From assembly GCA_051362555.1 (NCBI GenBank), contig CM120644.1:8812954-8876953 (forward strand): a DNA stretch of 64,000 nucleotides. The letters run 5' to 3'. Position 1 is the stretch's first letter; each line of letters starts with the position of its first letter. Below, piece by piece: positions 11,166-24,825 of the stretch. The notes under the pieces were generated by a model. That model was not told the DNA's origin. It was given only the letters and a program-made list of their open reading frames with translations, and did no database searches. A program made the translations under genes and the position numbers. This stretch comes from Lingula anatina (Eukaryota > Animalia > Brachiopoda).

Positions 11166-12175
11166 CAAGCATGGTATGCTGTTTTGCTACTTCATTGATA
11201 TTATTGGTTTTGTAGTGCAATATTATGTACACTGTAAAACTATATTGTTTCCTACATTAAGACATGTATATATATGTCCTGCATTTGTGCATTTTGGTTG
11301 GATTGTAATGTAGGCTAATACTAAAGTGCAGAGACTTTTATTTTTTGGGGTAACTTTTATATATTATTCAGTATTGAATGAGATACACTTTTATTGATAC
11401 ATGTAGTTTAAATTTATAAAAAGCAGAAGATCTGCATATACATTGTTTTGGATCTTCGTTATGTAGACCTATAGCCTAGCTAGATGGTTAGTCCAGAACT
11501 CAAGATCTACCAAAGAAATTAAACATGTACAGTCTTAATTGTGTATTAAAGACAATCATATACAGTAGAGTGAATTCAGCATGTAGAGAATAAAAATAAT
11601 ATGTAAGTGTACATGTATACATGCATATACTGTATTTTATTCTCTACCCTTACAGCCAGCTGAGTGGTAGCATTAAATCCATGCAAATATACTAGTATTA
11701 TAGAGAAAAAAGGATTGGCCATGCAGGGACATATCTTTGAATATCCGTTAAAAAGATTTGTGGCCCTGGTATAGGATAACTATTTTACAATAGAATGGCT
11801 GTACTCAATTCGGTCCCTTTATTTATAGAAAACTATTGAATTCATTCTTATCACCTCTACTGACAGTTCCTTGGTGTCACATGTCTGATATCAGTTGCCA
11901 ACTGAGACACACCTTGCTTTCTACAGTTTGTCTGTTAGATTAGTCAGCTTTCCAGGGCTGAGGGGTGGATAATATGACACAAATTTTTTGAGGGTAAATA
12001 TTGTACAGAATGGCTATACTCAATCCCATCCCATTATTTATTTTAAACTGTTTATTTTAATTAATTTATTTATTATTATTAAGTTATCCTCGAGATGGGG
12101 TGCTAACATGTAAGCTCTTCTTGTTGACAATGTTTGGAACTGCGAGGATATGTGTTGACTATTCATCAAAACCAT

Positions 12176-12218
<43 letters not shown>

Positions 12219-12918
12219 TTTTGTTTGTTTTGGGAGATAGAGATCACATTCTATACACAATTAGACCTATACCTCACAAGTCAATTTTAAACTTGAGCAA
12301 AGTGGGCAAATTATTTTTAACTAAGAAAAGGAAGTATAAAACACAAAAGACCCTTTTTCCCAATGTTGTTTCAAAATATTTACCAATCATTAATCTTCAC
12401 TTTTTAATGTTGGACAAATATGACATTAATATTAATCAGCATTAGTAGTTGGTATACAGTGGACAGTCAGTAAAACATCCTGCATCCATCATGCACTAGT
12501 CCACAATGGGCTGGATACAGGAAAAAAATCTATGTACAGAAAGATACATGCTAGTCCATACAAGTACAAAACTTTTGATTACAGGACAACCAAACCTCTT
12601 TTACATATGTACAATTGCTTCCAGACTGTGCTTACATTAAATGTGTTCACAATATGGAAATTGGGTGCCATTGATAAAAATCTTCTGGACACTAGTTGAC
12701 ATGAATAGTGCCTTATTCTTTTCAAAAATAACCTATCAAGGAACAAATTCCTGTGCTGTTGCCATTTCTCTCTTTTCAAATTACAATGTCTCTGGCTTCA
12801 GTGAATGTTCACTTTGTAACTAGACAAACTCTCCAGGCTGATAATTTAAAAAAACATGCATTAAATTTGTTCTCTTTATTGGTCACTTAAAAGTTTGTCA
12901 TCATACTGATGCCATGTG

Positions 12919-15900
12919 TCATGCCATTTGGAATGTTCTGCTCTTAAGTGTCCCCTTCTTGGGGTCATACTTGGCCAGAGGACCGCCAGTCAATTCCACA
13001 GGGGTGCTGTCAATCATGATCTGACGTCCACTGAAGGATGTAGTATTCAAGTTAGCCAGGTCCAGCTCATGGAATGTCTCACTGTTAAAGAAAAATGAGG
13101 GGATATAAAAATTGGTCATTATAAGATGCCAATGACACATGAAATTTAAATATATTTTTTCATTTATATAAATAACTATTTATCCAATAATTATTTACCT
13201 TCTAGTAGAAAAATAATCATAAATCTCATGAGCTTTTACAAAATTTCATAAACTTCATAATTGATCAACTACCATAAAAGTAAATCAGTCATCTTTTTTT
13301 CTCTCTTATTAGAAATATTACATAATCTATTAGCATCACCTCCTTAAAAAATGATAAAGTAGCACAAAAAATTTGTCTTATCACTGACTTCATTATATAA
13401 CTAAGTACAAGGCATCTTCTAACTGAAGATAGTAATGTACGTTGTACTTACGCATCCTGGTATCTGTTCTGCACACGTGAGGCGTCCACTGACAGCTCTT
13501 GTCTCTCTCTGGCCGCCTGAAATGATCACAAACACTTCAATGACTCACACAGTTCTCTCCAGATTACTTTATCAAAAGATTAATATTTACACAACTATTA
13601 GTAAAACTACTATTTTAACAAAGGAAATGTTTTAAGTTGCTGTATCTTTTAACAAAAATAGAGTATATTTATTTAATCTGCCAACATAAAACTGCTCTTA
13701 AAGCATACACCCTTTGTCAAACATGTTCTTAACAGTAGAATCACAATGTCTGAAAACAAAGGGAGTCAGTGCTAAAAGTGTGTTGAATGTACAAATTAAA
13801 TGTGTAGAGTTGCCATCCCTGCAGACTGTCAAAGCATTTCTTTTTTTAGAAGTTGATTGTTGAATTCAATAAAATGCCTCAAGTATCGCAAGTTTAAAAC
13901 AAAAGCATCTGTCTTACCTTTAGCAGAGAATAATTGGAAGTTCTTGCCACAAAGTCAGCAAAGTCATTAATAGCCTTCTCTTTCTGTCTGTGATTTTCAC
14001 GAATCTGAGAGAAAAAATTAATAACAATGTCAGCAGTTTCAAAGATACTTATGAATAAAACCATCAAATTATGTAATTGCAGGGAAAAGCCTTTCTCACA
14101 ATACCCACTAAAATAATGCAGCCACACCTTGAATAATAATATTCTCTCTCTCTTTGCCTCTCCTCTATCACGCTCCATTGTAACACCACCCACTTCCACC
14201 CAATACAATGGTATTCTCTACTTGAGCAATCAATTTTGACACAATCTCCTTACCCAACACAATTACACAATCAGGCCTCAACCAGCCCAAAAATATTCTC
14301 TGAGGCAATTATATCGCAACCAGCAGAAATATATATTCCTCTAACGCAATCAAGTCTCAACCAACACAAAAAACTTTTTCCTCTAACACAATGCTTCACC
14401 TCAGCATAATGCTCCTGTTCCTCCATAAGACTTTGATGTTGCTGTGACAGCAGCATGTCCTTCTGAGTGCCAACCACGCTGTCTGCACGGTCCACAATTG
14501 CCCGAGAGATGGTCTCAATGGCCTCCTGGTCAGGGGTCACTGGACGAATTCCCTCTGCGTCCAGCTCTGTGATTACCTCTGACCATACCTCACCAAGCTG
14601 GAATAATGAAAAGAAAAAAAAATTATAACTGAGTTAATTTTGTAAGATAAATTCTTTCTTTAACTTTTGCTTTGCTTTATATTAAAATATGCTGATTGTA
14701 TACACTAGCAGTAAGTTTTAAACTTTCTTTTTGACACAGCAAATTTCTTGGACTGTATAAGACTATGGGTTGACTTGCTTCATGGAAACTGCTTGAAACA
14801 TGCAAATTCCTGCATATTTTATGTCAAGGTCCAGGTTTATATGTTTGCCCTACATTCTTTAATCAGTCATGCCCTGCAGTGTTCATTAATGCCCTACCTT
14901 GAAGTCCATATACTTCTCAATGATAGCCAAGGTGACATAGTCTTCTACTGTCAGCCCAGGCAGGTGCATGAATCCAATCTTACAGAACAGCGCGTACAGT
15001 TTGGCACGCATGTTCTCTGACACGTCCACAATGGCCTGGCTTGGACAGCTGGCTGGGAGGGGAATGACCCCTTGGTTGGCCTGGAGCTGACCAGTGAGGG
15101 GCAGGCTGGTGTCTGGAATGTTGTTTATAAAATATGAAGATAAGTACAAAATAGACCGTGATTTCCATACAGCTGACTGCCCCATCAAATTATGCATATT
15201 ACTATCTTTACATATCTTTTGACAAATTTTTCAATTTACTTTGAAAAATTACCTTTAAAAATTTCATTATCTTCCTATTTTCCAGCTATTTGACTAAAGG
15301 ATTGACTTGAATGATCCCATGGGGTAATTTCACAAATGAAATTTAGACCAAGAATGTGACTTAATTTTCAGACAGAAATTTTAGTCCAGTTCAACTCAGG
15401 GCAAATCAAAAGTCTGATCCATGTAAAATGAATTATTGTGCCCATTTCATAAGGACTCAAACCCGCCCAAAGAGCAATACCTGCAATGGCTCCCTGTTGG
15501 TCCCTCTGCACACCCATCTCTCTCTCCTCACTCCTCCAAATGTCACAGAACAGGTGTGCCGCGGACATGTCATCTTTGCCTCTCCAGGCGTTGATGTGGG
15601 GGATGGCCTTGGGGTTCTCTGTCAGGTCCAGCAGGCAGCCCAGGATGAGGTTGTGCATGTTGGTGGGACACACTTCCAGGAGGTCGATGAGCAGGAACAC
15701 GCCCTCTTTCTCCAGGAAATAGTCCTCTGTGACATAACAGCCCACAATGGCACACCTTAGTGACAGGGAAAGCAAGGTGTTATGATTATATCTTCAATTT
15801 TTGTGATTTTCTTTAAAAATGCTTTTAAAGGAAAAATAAATAAATAAATAAATAAATAAAATAGTTACGATTTTGAATTGATTTCTCTGACAGTGACATA

Positions 15901-18900
15901 TTTGCTATTCCTATTTTTCATAGTAAAAATACCTAATAGTGATGCACTGTTTTCAGCTATGGTACTGCTATTCTATTAGCTCTATGCTGCTGGAAGAATT
16001 GTTATATTATCCTCTAGTAACTCACCATATACAGTCCACTGTGGCCAGCACTAGCTTGTGATGACCCAGGCCACTGGACAGCTTGACTGGATTGGTCTTC
16101 AGGTATTTACACACTATATCCACCCCTTCATGGCTGAACAATTCCTGGAATATTATTTAGTTTACATATGTAACCCATGGACTCATTATTGCATACATTC
16201 AGTATTGTAACTACTAGCCAATACCAAATAAACCTTTGGAAAAAGGTTTTGGCTTAAAGCCAGAGCACTCAGATTATTAATTTTAAAAGTTTTTTTTTCT
16301 GATATTACGGAAAATATTATCTTAATAACAACATATTTTCATTTACATTACATTGAAAGCCTGTCATCTTATGCCAAAAAAAAAATTAAAAAATTGCATC
16401 ATGGCAGCATTCATGTTCAGTATTTGCATTTATTCACTGCACAATAAAAACAGAACCTAGAGCAGACCACAAATAATTTCTATATTATATACATGTGCAT
16501 GGTTCATTAAGATAATCACCTTTCTATGCATGTCACCATCACACAGTGTTGACAATATATACAGCATGTCACACTGCATTTCTACATCTATGGCATCCTC
16601 TGTGCTAGAGTCGTTCTCTGTGTAACCTCTTAATATAGCTGAAATCACACAGAAAAATAAATATAATAGTCTAAAATATTAATTAGTTTAATCATCATTT
16701 TTCACTTATCATTTTTCTGCTGTGGAATAATTAAGAGCAAGTTGACTTTTGAATCACTTGAAAAGAAACTTTTGAAAATATTTTAAGATGCTGCCAGTAT
16801 ATCAATATGCCATGTCTAATAAGTCAGAAACTTATTGCAAAAATTATGGTTTTATTCCTCCTCCTGCCTCTTTACTGAACAAGTATTGGTGAAAGGAAGC
16901 CAATTCAGAAGTGAAAGAAGTGTTGCTCATAACATAACATAAAATCTCTAAAGATTTGCTGAATGCCTATTGGTCACAGGGATAGCAAGGCTCAGAGGTC
17001 AAAATATACATTGCACACGTAAACATAAGAAAGAATACAGACTATTTGATTCCAGTGCTTACTGTTTATTTCACTGATGGCTCCTTGGTCCACCAGATCC
17101 TGTAACACCACCTCCCTGCCCGTCGACACGGCACTTCGCATGAGACGTAAACAGTGCCGCATCTGAGCACGCTTGTTGCCACGCCCACCGGCACCATGGA
17201 ATGCATTCCCATAGCCATTGAATTTACCTGAATATTGAACAAATGGACAAAGTCACAACAGATCTACACATTTTAAACACTTGTTTACAACTCTGTAAAA
17301 GTTTGTTTCTTTCAAATTTCAGCTCATCTGTAATGTTCAAATTGTTAATATGTATCTACCATGAGAAAGAGCTACCACCTACCCTTCCATCAGTACTACA
17401 CATTTCAAGCACTTACATACAGACAACTCTGTGTGTCTCATTCCAATTATGAAACCCCATATACCCTCATACAGTGCTGCCCCCTACCTTTTTCTCCCGT
17501 GCACCACTCCATGAGGAGCAGCAGTCGCGTGCTGCCCTGACACATCATGTAGTCCTCCACCATGTACGGCACCAGCGTGGCCAGAGATGCCATGGCGCAC
17601 AGCTGTAACTCTTCAAACTGCGCCGGGGTCCAGTCCCGCGGCAGGGATGTGTTCTCATTAGGACGGACATACGAGAAGAGGGCCAACAACAGACGGCCTT
17701 CTGATAGCAGCTGAAGAAAAAGTTTGTGAAGTGTATTTAATGCTGTCAATTTATATATATTTATGATAATGATATAAAATTTATAATAATGATAATAATA
17801 ATAACTTCAGATAATTTAAGTAAATATTCTGATGTGTCATTTTCCATTGAGTACCAATTATAATTTTTTTATCATTGTTCCTTGAGTTAAATTTTGGCTA
17901 TCATTTCTCTTAGCCAAATATCTTAATAATTCAGGGAAAAAAATGGTGAAAAACAGCACTGTATATCTCCAGCATTACTTAAACAGTAAAATTAAATTGC
18001 AGTGTGTCAATCCTTTGGGTAAAATGTACATAGCATGCAACAGTAAACCTAGTTTTCTGTCAAAAATATCCCCATCATCAGCCCACAATACTTACAGGTA
18101 CAACACATGGGTCTTTACTGAGCACAGTCAGGATATTGATAAGTAACTTTTTCAACTCAAAGTCCTCATGACTGGTCATCAGCTTTAGGTGTCTGACCAG
18201 AGCACTGTGACTCTTTACTGAAATAACAGAAAAGATGATATGAGGCAATAAAATACTGATTAATGAATAATAATAATAATAATTACTAATTCAACTTATA
18301 GTTATTATTCTATAAATAAAAATTACATCATTGTAGTAATAGTTACTGCAAGAACTTCATTTTCACAATTATCTCAAAAAATGTGTAGAAAAAAAAAAGG
18401 AAAAAACTCCCCAATGAAAAGAAATGAAAATCCATAATAATGTCAATGATAACATTTCGTACGCAAAATTTTTAATCCTGTTGGTCCTTCTGTTTACTAA
18501 GATAGCATCCACCCACAATTACCTTCTTGAAAAGTTGCAAACAGTGTGAGCTGTCTGACGAATCCAGTCTCTACAAATGGCGCCTGTGGGCAGACCTGCG
18601 CTATGAGACTGGCGATGACCAGCAGGTCATTCCGTAGCTGCCTGTCGTAATGACTATAACCCTGGGTTAACTGCTGAATAAATGCATCTCGCAGTTGGCT
18701 GAAAACACAAAAAAAATATGTACGTAGTTTTAAATTCAAATTAAAATAACTTTTAATTCTTCAATTCATAAAATAAAAAAGAAAGAAGGCAAAAGAGGAA
18801 AAATGCTGGTAAACTTTCAAAGTGTTATCAAGAAATAATCCATCTTTGTTCACTATTCAGACATAAATCAAATTAAAGCATGGCTTAGCCAAAATATTAA

Positions 18901-21900
18901 TTTATTTATTTATTTCAAGAATTCAGGAATTTATTTATATATACCTTGTATATAAATTTTATACAAAACAGGTCTTCACACTACTCACCTTATGCACGTC
19001 ATATCATTTATCTGCTCTATGGCATTCTCCTTCTGTCCATACTCTAGTAAGTTCCAGAGCACATCCACTGAGCGGAACAGTAGCTCTCCACTGGGGTCAG
19101 GGTCCATGAGACGACAGCACAGCCTGCTGGCCGCATCTGCACACAACATCTGGTCACAGTTCTTAGCTGAAATCACAATAGCATATTACATTACAACATC
19201 ATAACATCATTTCATTTCAATATCATTATAATGATGAAAAATAAGATTAAAAAAAAATTGTTATAATTTAACATTAGTGACGAAGTGATAGTAATATCAA
19301 ACTGCAAAATCATCTAGTTCTATTTTTAAAACTTTCAAAAAGTCACAAATTGATGTGAAAAAACAAAAAACACAATAAATGCCAAGTTGGCTGTCCAAGG
19401 ATTGTCCCAAAACCTCTCTGGTACTAATGAAATATTATTCCGGGTGCTATTTTTTCATTTATATGTGTATCACATATATTTAACATACTTATTATTAACA
19501 ATGTATAAAATATTGTGCATCTTTTGTGTTGCCAATCATGAACAAATTAATTTGATATATTTTCTATGTACCTGATCTCTTTGAAAACTGCTGTAAGACC
19601 TTCAGAACCTCCAACCTCACATCTAGGTCATTTTCCAGAAGGGCAAGAGACTGAAACAGATAACAATAACTTAATAAAACTTGAACATAAAGACAGTAAA
19701 CAGTCATTGTTCACATTCTAAAAAACATCCTCACTCCATTATGATCTGTGGGTTAATAAAACCATATTACAGGGAATTACAAAAGTGTTCTTTCTCTATC
19801 TGAGATAGTTTTGTAGTCACATTATCATTTTCTCTGGTGATTCTTTGTTTTTCGACAGTTAAAACTTAATAACAGCGTCTGCACTTGTTACTAGAAAGAT
19901 ACAACACTTTACACAACAACTTACCTTGACCAAGGTTTCAGATAGATCACTATTTTCTACAATTCTCTGGTTATATGACAAGGAGTTGGCCTTGTGCTCT
20001 GGAAGAGAAAAAAAAATCAACCAGAGGTTTTAGTGCAAGGCAACGATGGAGACACACCATCAGTTAGATGACTTATCTTGCTTTACATACACAATGATCT
20101 AATTAAAAATAATAATGATAGGCGTATCTGTTGTAGGGTTAACACTAACAAATGCATGTATATTTCTACTAAACTATGGAAAAATCATTTAGTATAATAA
20201 CAAAAATAAAAGGGAAAAATTTCTCCCCCCCACCCCCCCCCCCCCACCCCATTTAATTTTTTCATTTTAATAAATAACTTAAAAGTATTATCACAATTTG
20301 ATTAATGACTATATATGACTTACTTTGTACAACTTGTGGTGGTGGCGTCTCACAGTAAAAACTGATCAGCGCTGCACAAATCTTTTTTCTTATGTCATTG
20401 GATGGCACCCTCATTAGATAACCTGAAAGATGGACAAGATTATGGGCCATTACAACTGCAACAAAGTATATATTATATATAGAAAGAGAGCCAGAAAAGA
20501 AAAAAGAGAAAAAGGAATCTTAACAAAACTTAGCCTTGGAGATGTTTCACAATGTCATGTATTAATTTATTACTAAGAAGGCAGGATAAAATGAGTCTCC
20601 TAACCTCATACAGTAGCCTTTACAGCCAATTACAATCTTACCTAACTGAGAGACAGACTCAATAGCAATCCGTTCATAAGAGGTTTCATCTGAGGTTTTC
20701 TCCTTCAGGAAGGGCAGCCTGCATATGTCCAGTATACTGCACATGGGTTCAGTGTACATGGGCTGCTCCTCCAGTCTGTCTGCACACACATTGAGGATCT
20801 TCACCACCAGGACCAGGTCCTTCATTAACTGAACATACTGGTTAAGGATAATACTACACTAAAGACTTTGATACTATATCCAGTTAATTATGAACTTGGG
20901 ATAGAAATTAAGTTTTGAAAAATGAACACTGTCAGGTAAAATTTGGTATAAAGTGTATACATCCAGAAGATGGTCAGATTTTCAAGTTTATATTGGTATA
21001 TAATTTTTTTGTCGGAAGACGGTTTAAAGTGGAGGATGGATCAACAAAGGCTGTTTGGAAGCCTGTCAGAAAATATCTCTGGATTCGCCCCTCATTCTAA
21101 TGGTAAATATGTTATCCAAATGTATTTTTACCAATTCAAAAATGAAGATTATCTGCTAGTAGATATTTAAAACATTCTGTACTCTTGTGAGCAAGTCAGT
21201 GTACATGTGTATCTTACACCTCTTAGCCATAAGTAAATATCATATATATAAGTACCTTAAACATCACAGAAGGAAAAAAATCATTTGAAAGCAGAATAGT
21301 GTACTAGTATGGGACAAGACAACCTAATTTAGTTTTGTGGCAAAGACGGCTTCCATAAATGATAATCAAAAGGATACAAATCCCTGCTTGTAATGCTTGG
21401 GCAACTTTCTTAAAGCATGAATGTGTCTGTCATATAACATGGACTGAAAAGAAACATTGTCAATAATGTTAACCAAGCACATGGTCAAGTATAAAAATCA
21501 TTACACATGCACACAATTACAAATAACAGAAACTTGCTCTTGCACTAAAGAATGTGAAGAAGATGGTTTATTGCATAAATTAAAAAGGTATAATTATAAG
21601 TACTCAGTATGTACTTTGTGCATTAAATAAATATGAGCTTGCTAGATAGTACATGAAAATGTATATTAATTATTAACACCTTGTAATATATCTTTATCTG
21701 TTCTTTTCATATAAAACACTTTGCTTACCGAGTGCGGGTCTGTCATGAGTTTTGCCACTCTAGTTAGGTTCATGGGCTGAAGCTTGGGTCCCTGTGAGTA
21801 AAAATAACATATACAGATGTAATTCTGCATGAGGTTAAGTTTTAAAAGACACAAAGTGAGCATATATACACCAGTGAGACCAGTAAACTGCACTTCATAA

Positions 21901-22210
21901 TTATGCAACCATTTATATGGCTCTCATGACCTAACATACAAGGAAAATACGTCTCGGACTTCATTTTTGGTTTGAGCTAAAAGCGTTTCAACTACCCATG
22001 CAGTGCCATGGCAATATAATTGCACATAAATGCAATCTTAGTTCTGCCACATTTAATGGACTGAGGTGTACTTTTACAAACCTGCAAAATGCCCAGGTCA
22101 TCGTCCGTAATAGTGTGAGATACAATCGGAATCCTTGGTTTGCTGGTGGTTAAAGTCTGAGTTGGATTCTGACTAGAAACCCGAGGAGCGAATTGAGTTT
22201 CCGTTGCCAT
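12919..22210 (-). CDS. CFAP69: Cilia- and flagella-associated protein 69 (ARM-repeat), ~20 exons
   Basis: Exon translations match remembered CFAP69 blocks: LQPMNLTRVAKLM, CRLPFLKEKTSDETSYERIAIESVSQLG|YLMRVPSNDIRKKICAALISFY, SGELLFRSVDVLWNLLE, GYSHYDRQLRNDLLVIA, WTPAQFEELQLCAMASLATL, FLEKEGVFLLIDLL, SENMRAKLYAL, YMDFK, C-terminal IDSTPVELTGGPL. ATG at 22210 (exon 22210-22082); last exon 13081-12919 ends in TGA. Confidence 0.93.
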
Positions 22211-22382
22211 ATTTTAGCCTTGTTAATTTCCTCAATAAAATGATTAAAATAACTATACTTCTATGCCTAGGAAATAGCAGTCTTCATATGTTCTTCTAAA
22301 CTGTGATATATCCAAGAAAAAAATTAACTGCCCGGAAAAATGCAAAATCCATCAAAATTTTTGCACTGAATGTGTAAATACT

Positions 22383-22428
22383 CCGCCATGTTGGATATGT
22401 TGCTAAGGGAGGCGCAATGCATTGTGGG
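22383..22428. promoter_or_regulatory. Bidirectional promoter core: YY1-like, RFX X-box-like and ZNF143/Staf motifs
   Basis: CCGCCATGTTG (YY1-like), GTTGCTAAGGGA (partial X-box) and GCGCAATGCATTGTGGGT (reverse complement ACCCACAATGCATTGCGC, the ZNF143 consensus) lie between two divergent ATGs at 22210 and 22715. Confidence 0.6.
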
Positions 22429-22579
22429 TTTAAAATGTTTTTTATACTCGTGAAGATTTTATCAAAAGTGATTTACCAATCAAATATTTTGAGTCATCTA
22501 GTGAGGTAGAATAAGAAAAAAATCAACAGACCGTAAGAAACATGCTTATTTTAGATTCAGTTACGCTCAGTTTATACAA

Positions 22580-22644
22580 GTCACATGATGGTCATGTGAC
22601 AAAAGCACCTTACGAAAGCTCTAGGCCTCATCATGTGACATGAT
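22580..22644. promoter_or_regulatory. Cluster of M-box/E-box (TCATGTGA) sites, MITF/TFE-type
   Basis: GTCACATGATGGTCATGTGAC (two inverted TCATGTGAC sites) at 22580-22600 and TCATGTGAC at 22631-22639. Confidence 0.45.
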
Positions 22645-22714
22645 ACGAAATAAAAGGACCGAGGGCTCGTATTATCAGTGTATTCGTCATTGTAGCATAG
22701 GCTGTTGTGTCACC

Positions 22715-23248
22715 ATGATGTCCTACGTGTTCTTGATTGTGTCAGTCATCGTCCTACTGATCGCCAGTTCAATCAGTGGACCTCTTCACGCTTCTTGTAA
22801 AGCGACATGGTTGGTATCAAACAGAAGATGACTTTAACTATATAGTAGTAGTAATAAGTAGTAATAATGTTGTATAGCTTCTTACTCTTGTCTAAGTAAT
22901 ACTATGAATTTTAATTAATTTAATTCATGAATTGTTAACAAAACTAGCCTACTCCACTGTTGGATTACACAATAAAAAATATGCAAGCTGATGTATCTCG
23001 TAAAAAAAAAAAAAAAACTTCAAGTAGCAGAACTGAATTAAAGACGGAAGTTTTTTTTCAGAATTTATTGTGATTACCTATCATATGATCTTTATTTTCT
23101 TAATGAATTGATGTTTGTTTATTTTTCCAACAGGACATTTGGTGAAGGCTGTGCAGATGTGAATAAAGCTCTTGTGGCTCAGATCAACAAGTGGAAAGGG
23201 CCTGATGGTTGTAAGAATGGAGGAGAGAAATGTTTGTATGCAGTGAGT

Positions 23249-23282
<34 letters not shown>

Positions 23283-23351
23283 CAGGCACACAAACACGGT
23301 ACAGTTAAGTCCTCACATTCAAACATACACACAAGCCCTCGCACTCACTCA

Positions 23352-23384
<33 letters not shown>

Positions 23385-24825
23385 ATGTACACACACATAC
23401 AAATGTACACAAGCAAACTTGCATCTATGTAACATGCTTATACTTCCAAAAATTTATCAACCATTGATAATTTCTGTATTTGGTCAGATTCACTTTTAAG
23501 TTAAAACAGGACTGTTTATTCTTTTTTTTTCTCTCTGTTTTTAAAATGAATATTATATAATATTATTTGAGTGATTAAAGATAAAACATTTTGTCATTGT
23601 ACTTATAGTTTAAATTTGCAAATGTTTAAGCTCAAGAGCAGCTCAGCCACAGAAATCAAAGCCACCCATGAAACCCCAAAGAAGCACTATGTAGATGACG
23701 TCTCCTTTGAATTTTCTGGTAGTGGAAGCTCTTGTACAGTGAAGGTAGGAGTGTGTATGTAACGTGAAAAATCTGTGGATTGTTTACTGGTACCAATAGT
23801 TAATAATCTGTGTTTAGGATTGATGTTGTAATGAGTTAAAAGTAATCTTTAAAATTGTGATAATCCCTAGAGTCCCCAGAATTTGATATCCATGAAACAT
23901 AGTAATAGTGATAGAAACAATAAAATCATTAATTATTTTTATGATAGGCATGGATACTGTCAGTGTACAAAGACTTGACTCATTGTGATTGATTCCTGCT
24001 TGTTACAGGGACTTTAGTCGTGTTTACATAACAGAGAGTTTGACCCTTTCATATCTTAGTGGTTTCTGGATTCATTGTATTTTCTGCAAATGGAATCAGT
24101 CTGTTCTTATCCAAACCTAATACTAGCTAGAAATGAAGGGTTACTTTGCTGCCTTTTAAAAACTTTACTAAATCATATTGTGAGAAGAACCAAGAAGTGT
24201 CAACCTATCATCAGTGCAAATACACGCTTTGTGAGGATAAGCTTATCTTGAGATGGCTGTCACAATAGGTGGATTATTGATGACCTATGATTACTGTTGA
24301 ATAGATAATAAATCTGAAATGTGGCAATAATCTGGCAATGTGACTGGTCACCTAACCTTTGATCACAGCAGTAATTGGTTATAAAATAGGTTCAATTAGA
24401 GAGCATTCACATAGAGAAGAGCCGAGGTCTAGCAAGACTTACATGAAAGGAAGGCCGCTTAATCCTTTAATGGTGTCTCAATGACAGTCACTGACATTAA
24501 GTTAAGTCAGTAGACTGAAAGCTTGTCCAACTTTCAGAATTATTACACTGGGTAAATGAGTGGGGAATGATAAAATTAATACATTCCACATATGCAGTGC
24601 ATCCTGATTTTAGCAGAATTAAATATATTTAATAAATACTTATTCTCTTTCCAGGGTTATTCAACCTCAGAGACCTGGTACGCAGTGCTGGACTATGGAA
24701 CCAACTACTGTAATATGTTTAACCTGATCCAGGGCGCGGGACTGGACAAAGTGTCCGGATACAAGGAAGAAACCAGTGACAGCATCTGCACTCAGAGGTC
24801 CTCGGCTAATTGCAAAATATATTAG
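22715..24825 (+). CDS. Uncharacterised small secreted Cys-rich protein (162 aa); exons 22715-22809, 23134-23242, 23631-23744, 24655-24825
   Basis: Kozak CACCATG and a hydrophobic signal peptide. GT-AG junctions in compatible phases give MMSYVFLIVSVIVLLIASSISGPLHASCKATWTFGEGC...GCKNGGEKCLYALK...HYVDDVSFEF...CTVKGYSTSETWYAVLDYGTNYCNMFNLIQG...ICTQRSSANCKIY*, 489 nt in total. Confidence 0.88.
23252..23400. repeat. (CA)n microsatellite cluster in intron
   Basis: Two CA dinucleotide runs are directly visible. Confidence 0.9.

Noticed and set aside
11791-12041. ~35-bp imperfect direct repeat (AGAATGGCT.TACTCAAT) at 11792 and 12007
   Set aside because: Short, AT-rich local duplication with no associated structure.
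15428-15760. Overlapping plus-strand and alternate-frame ORFs in a GC-rich CFAP69 exon
   Set aside because: Expected by-product of GC-rich codon usage in a real exon.
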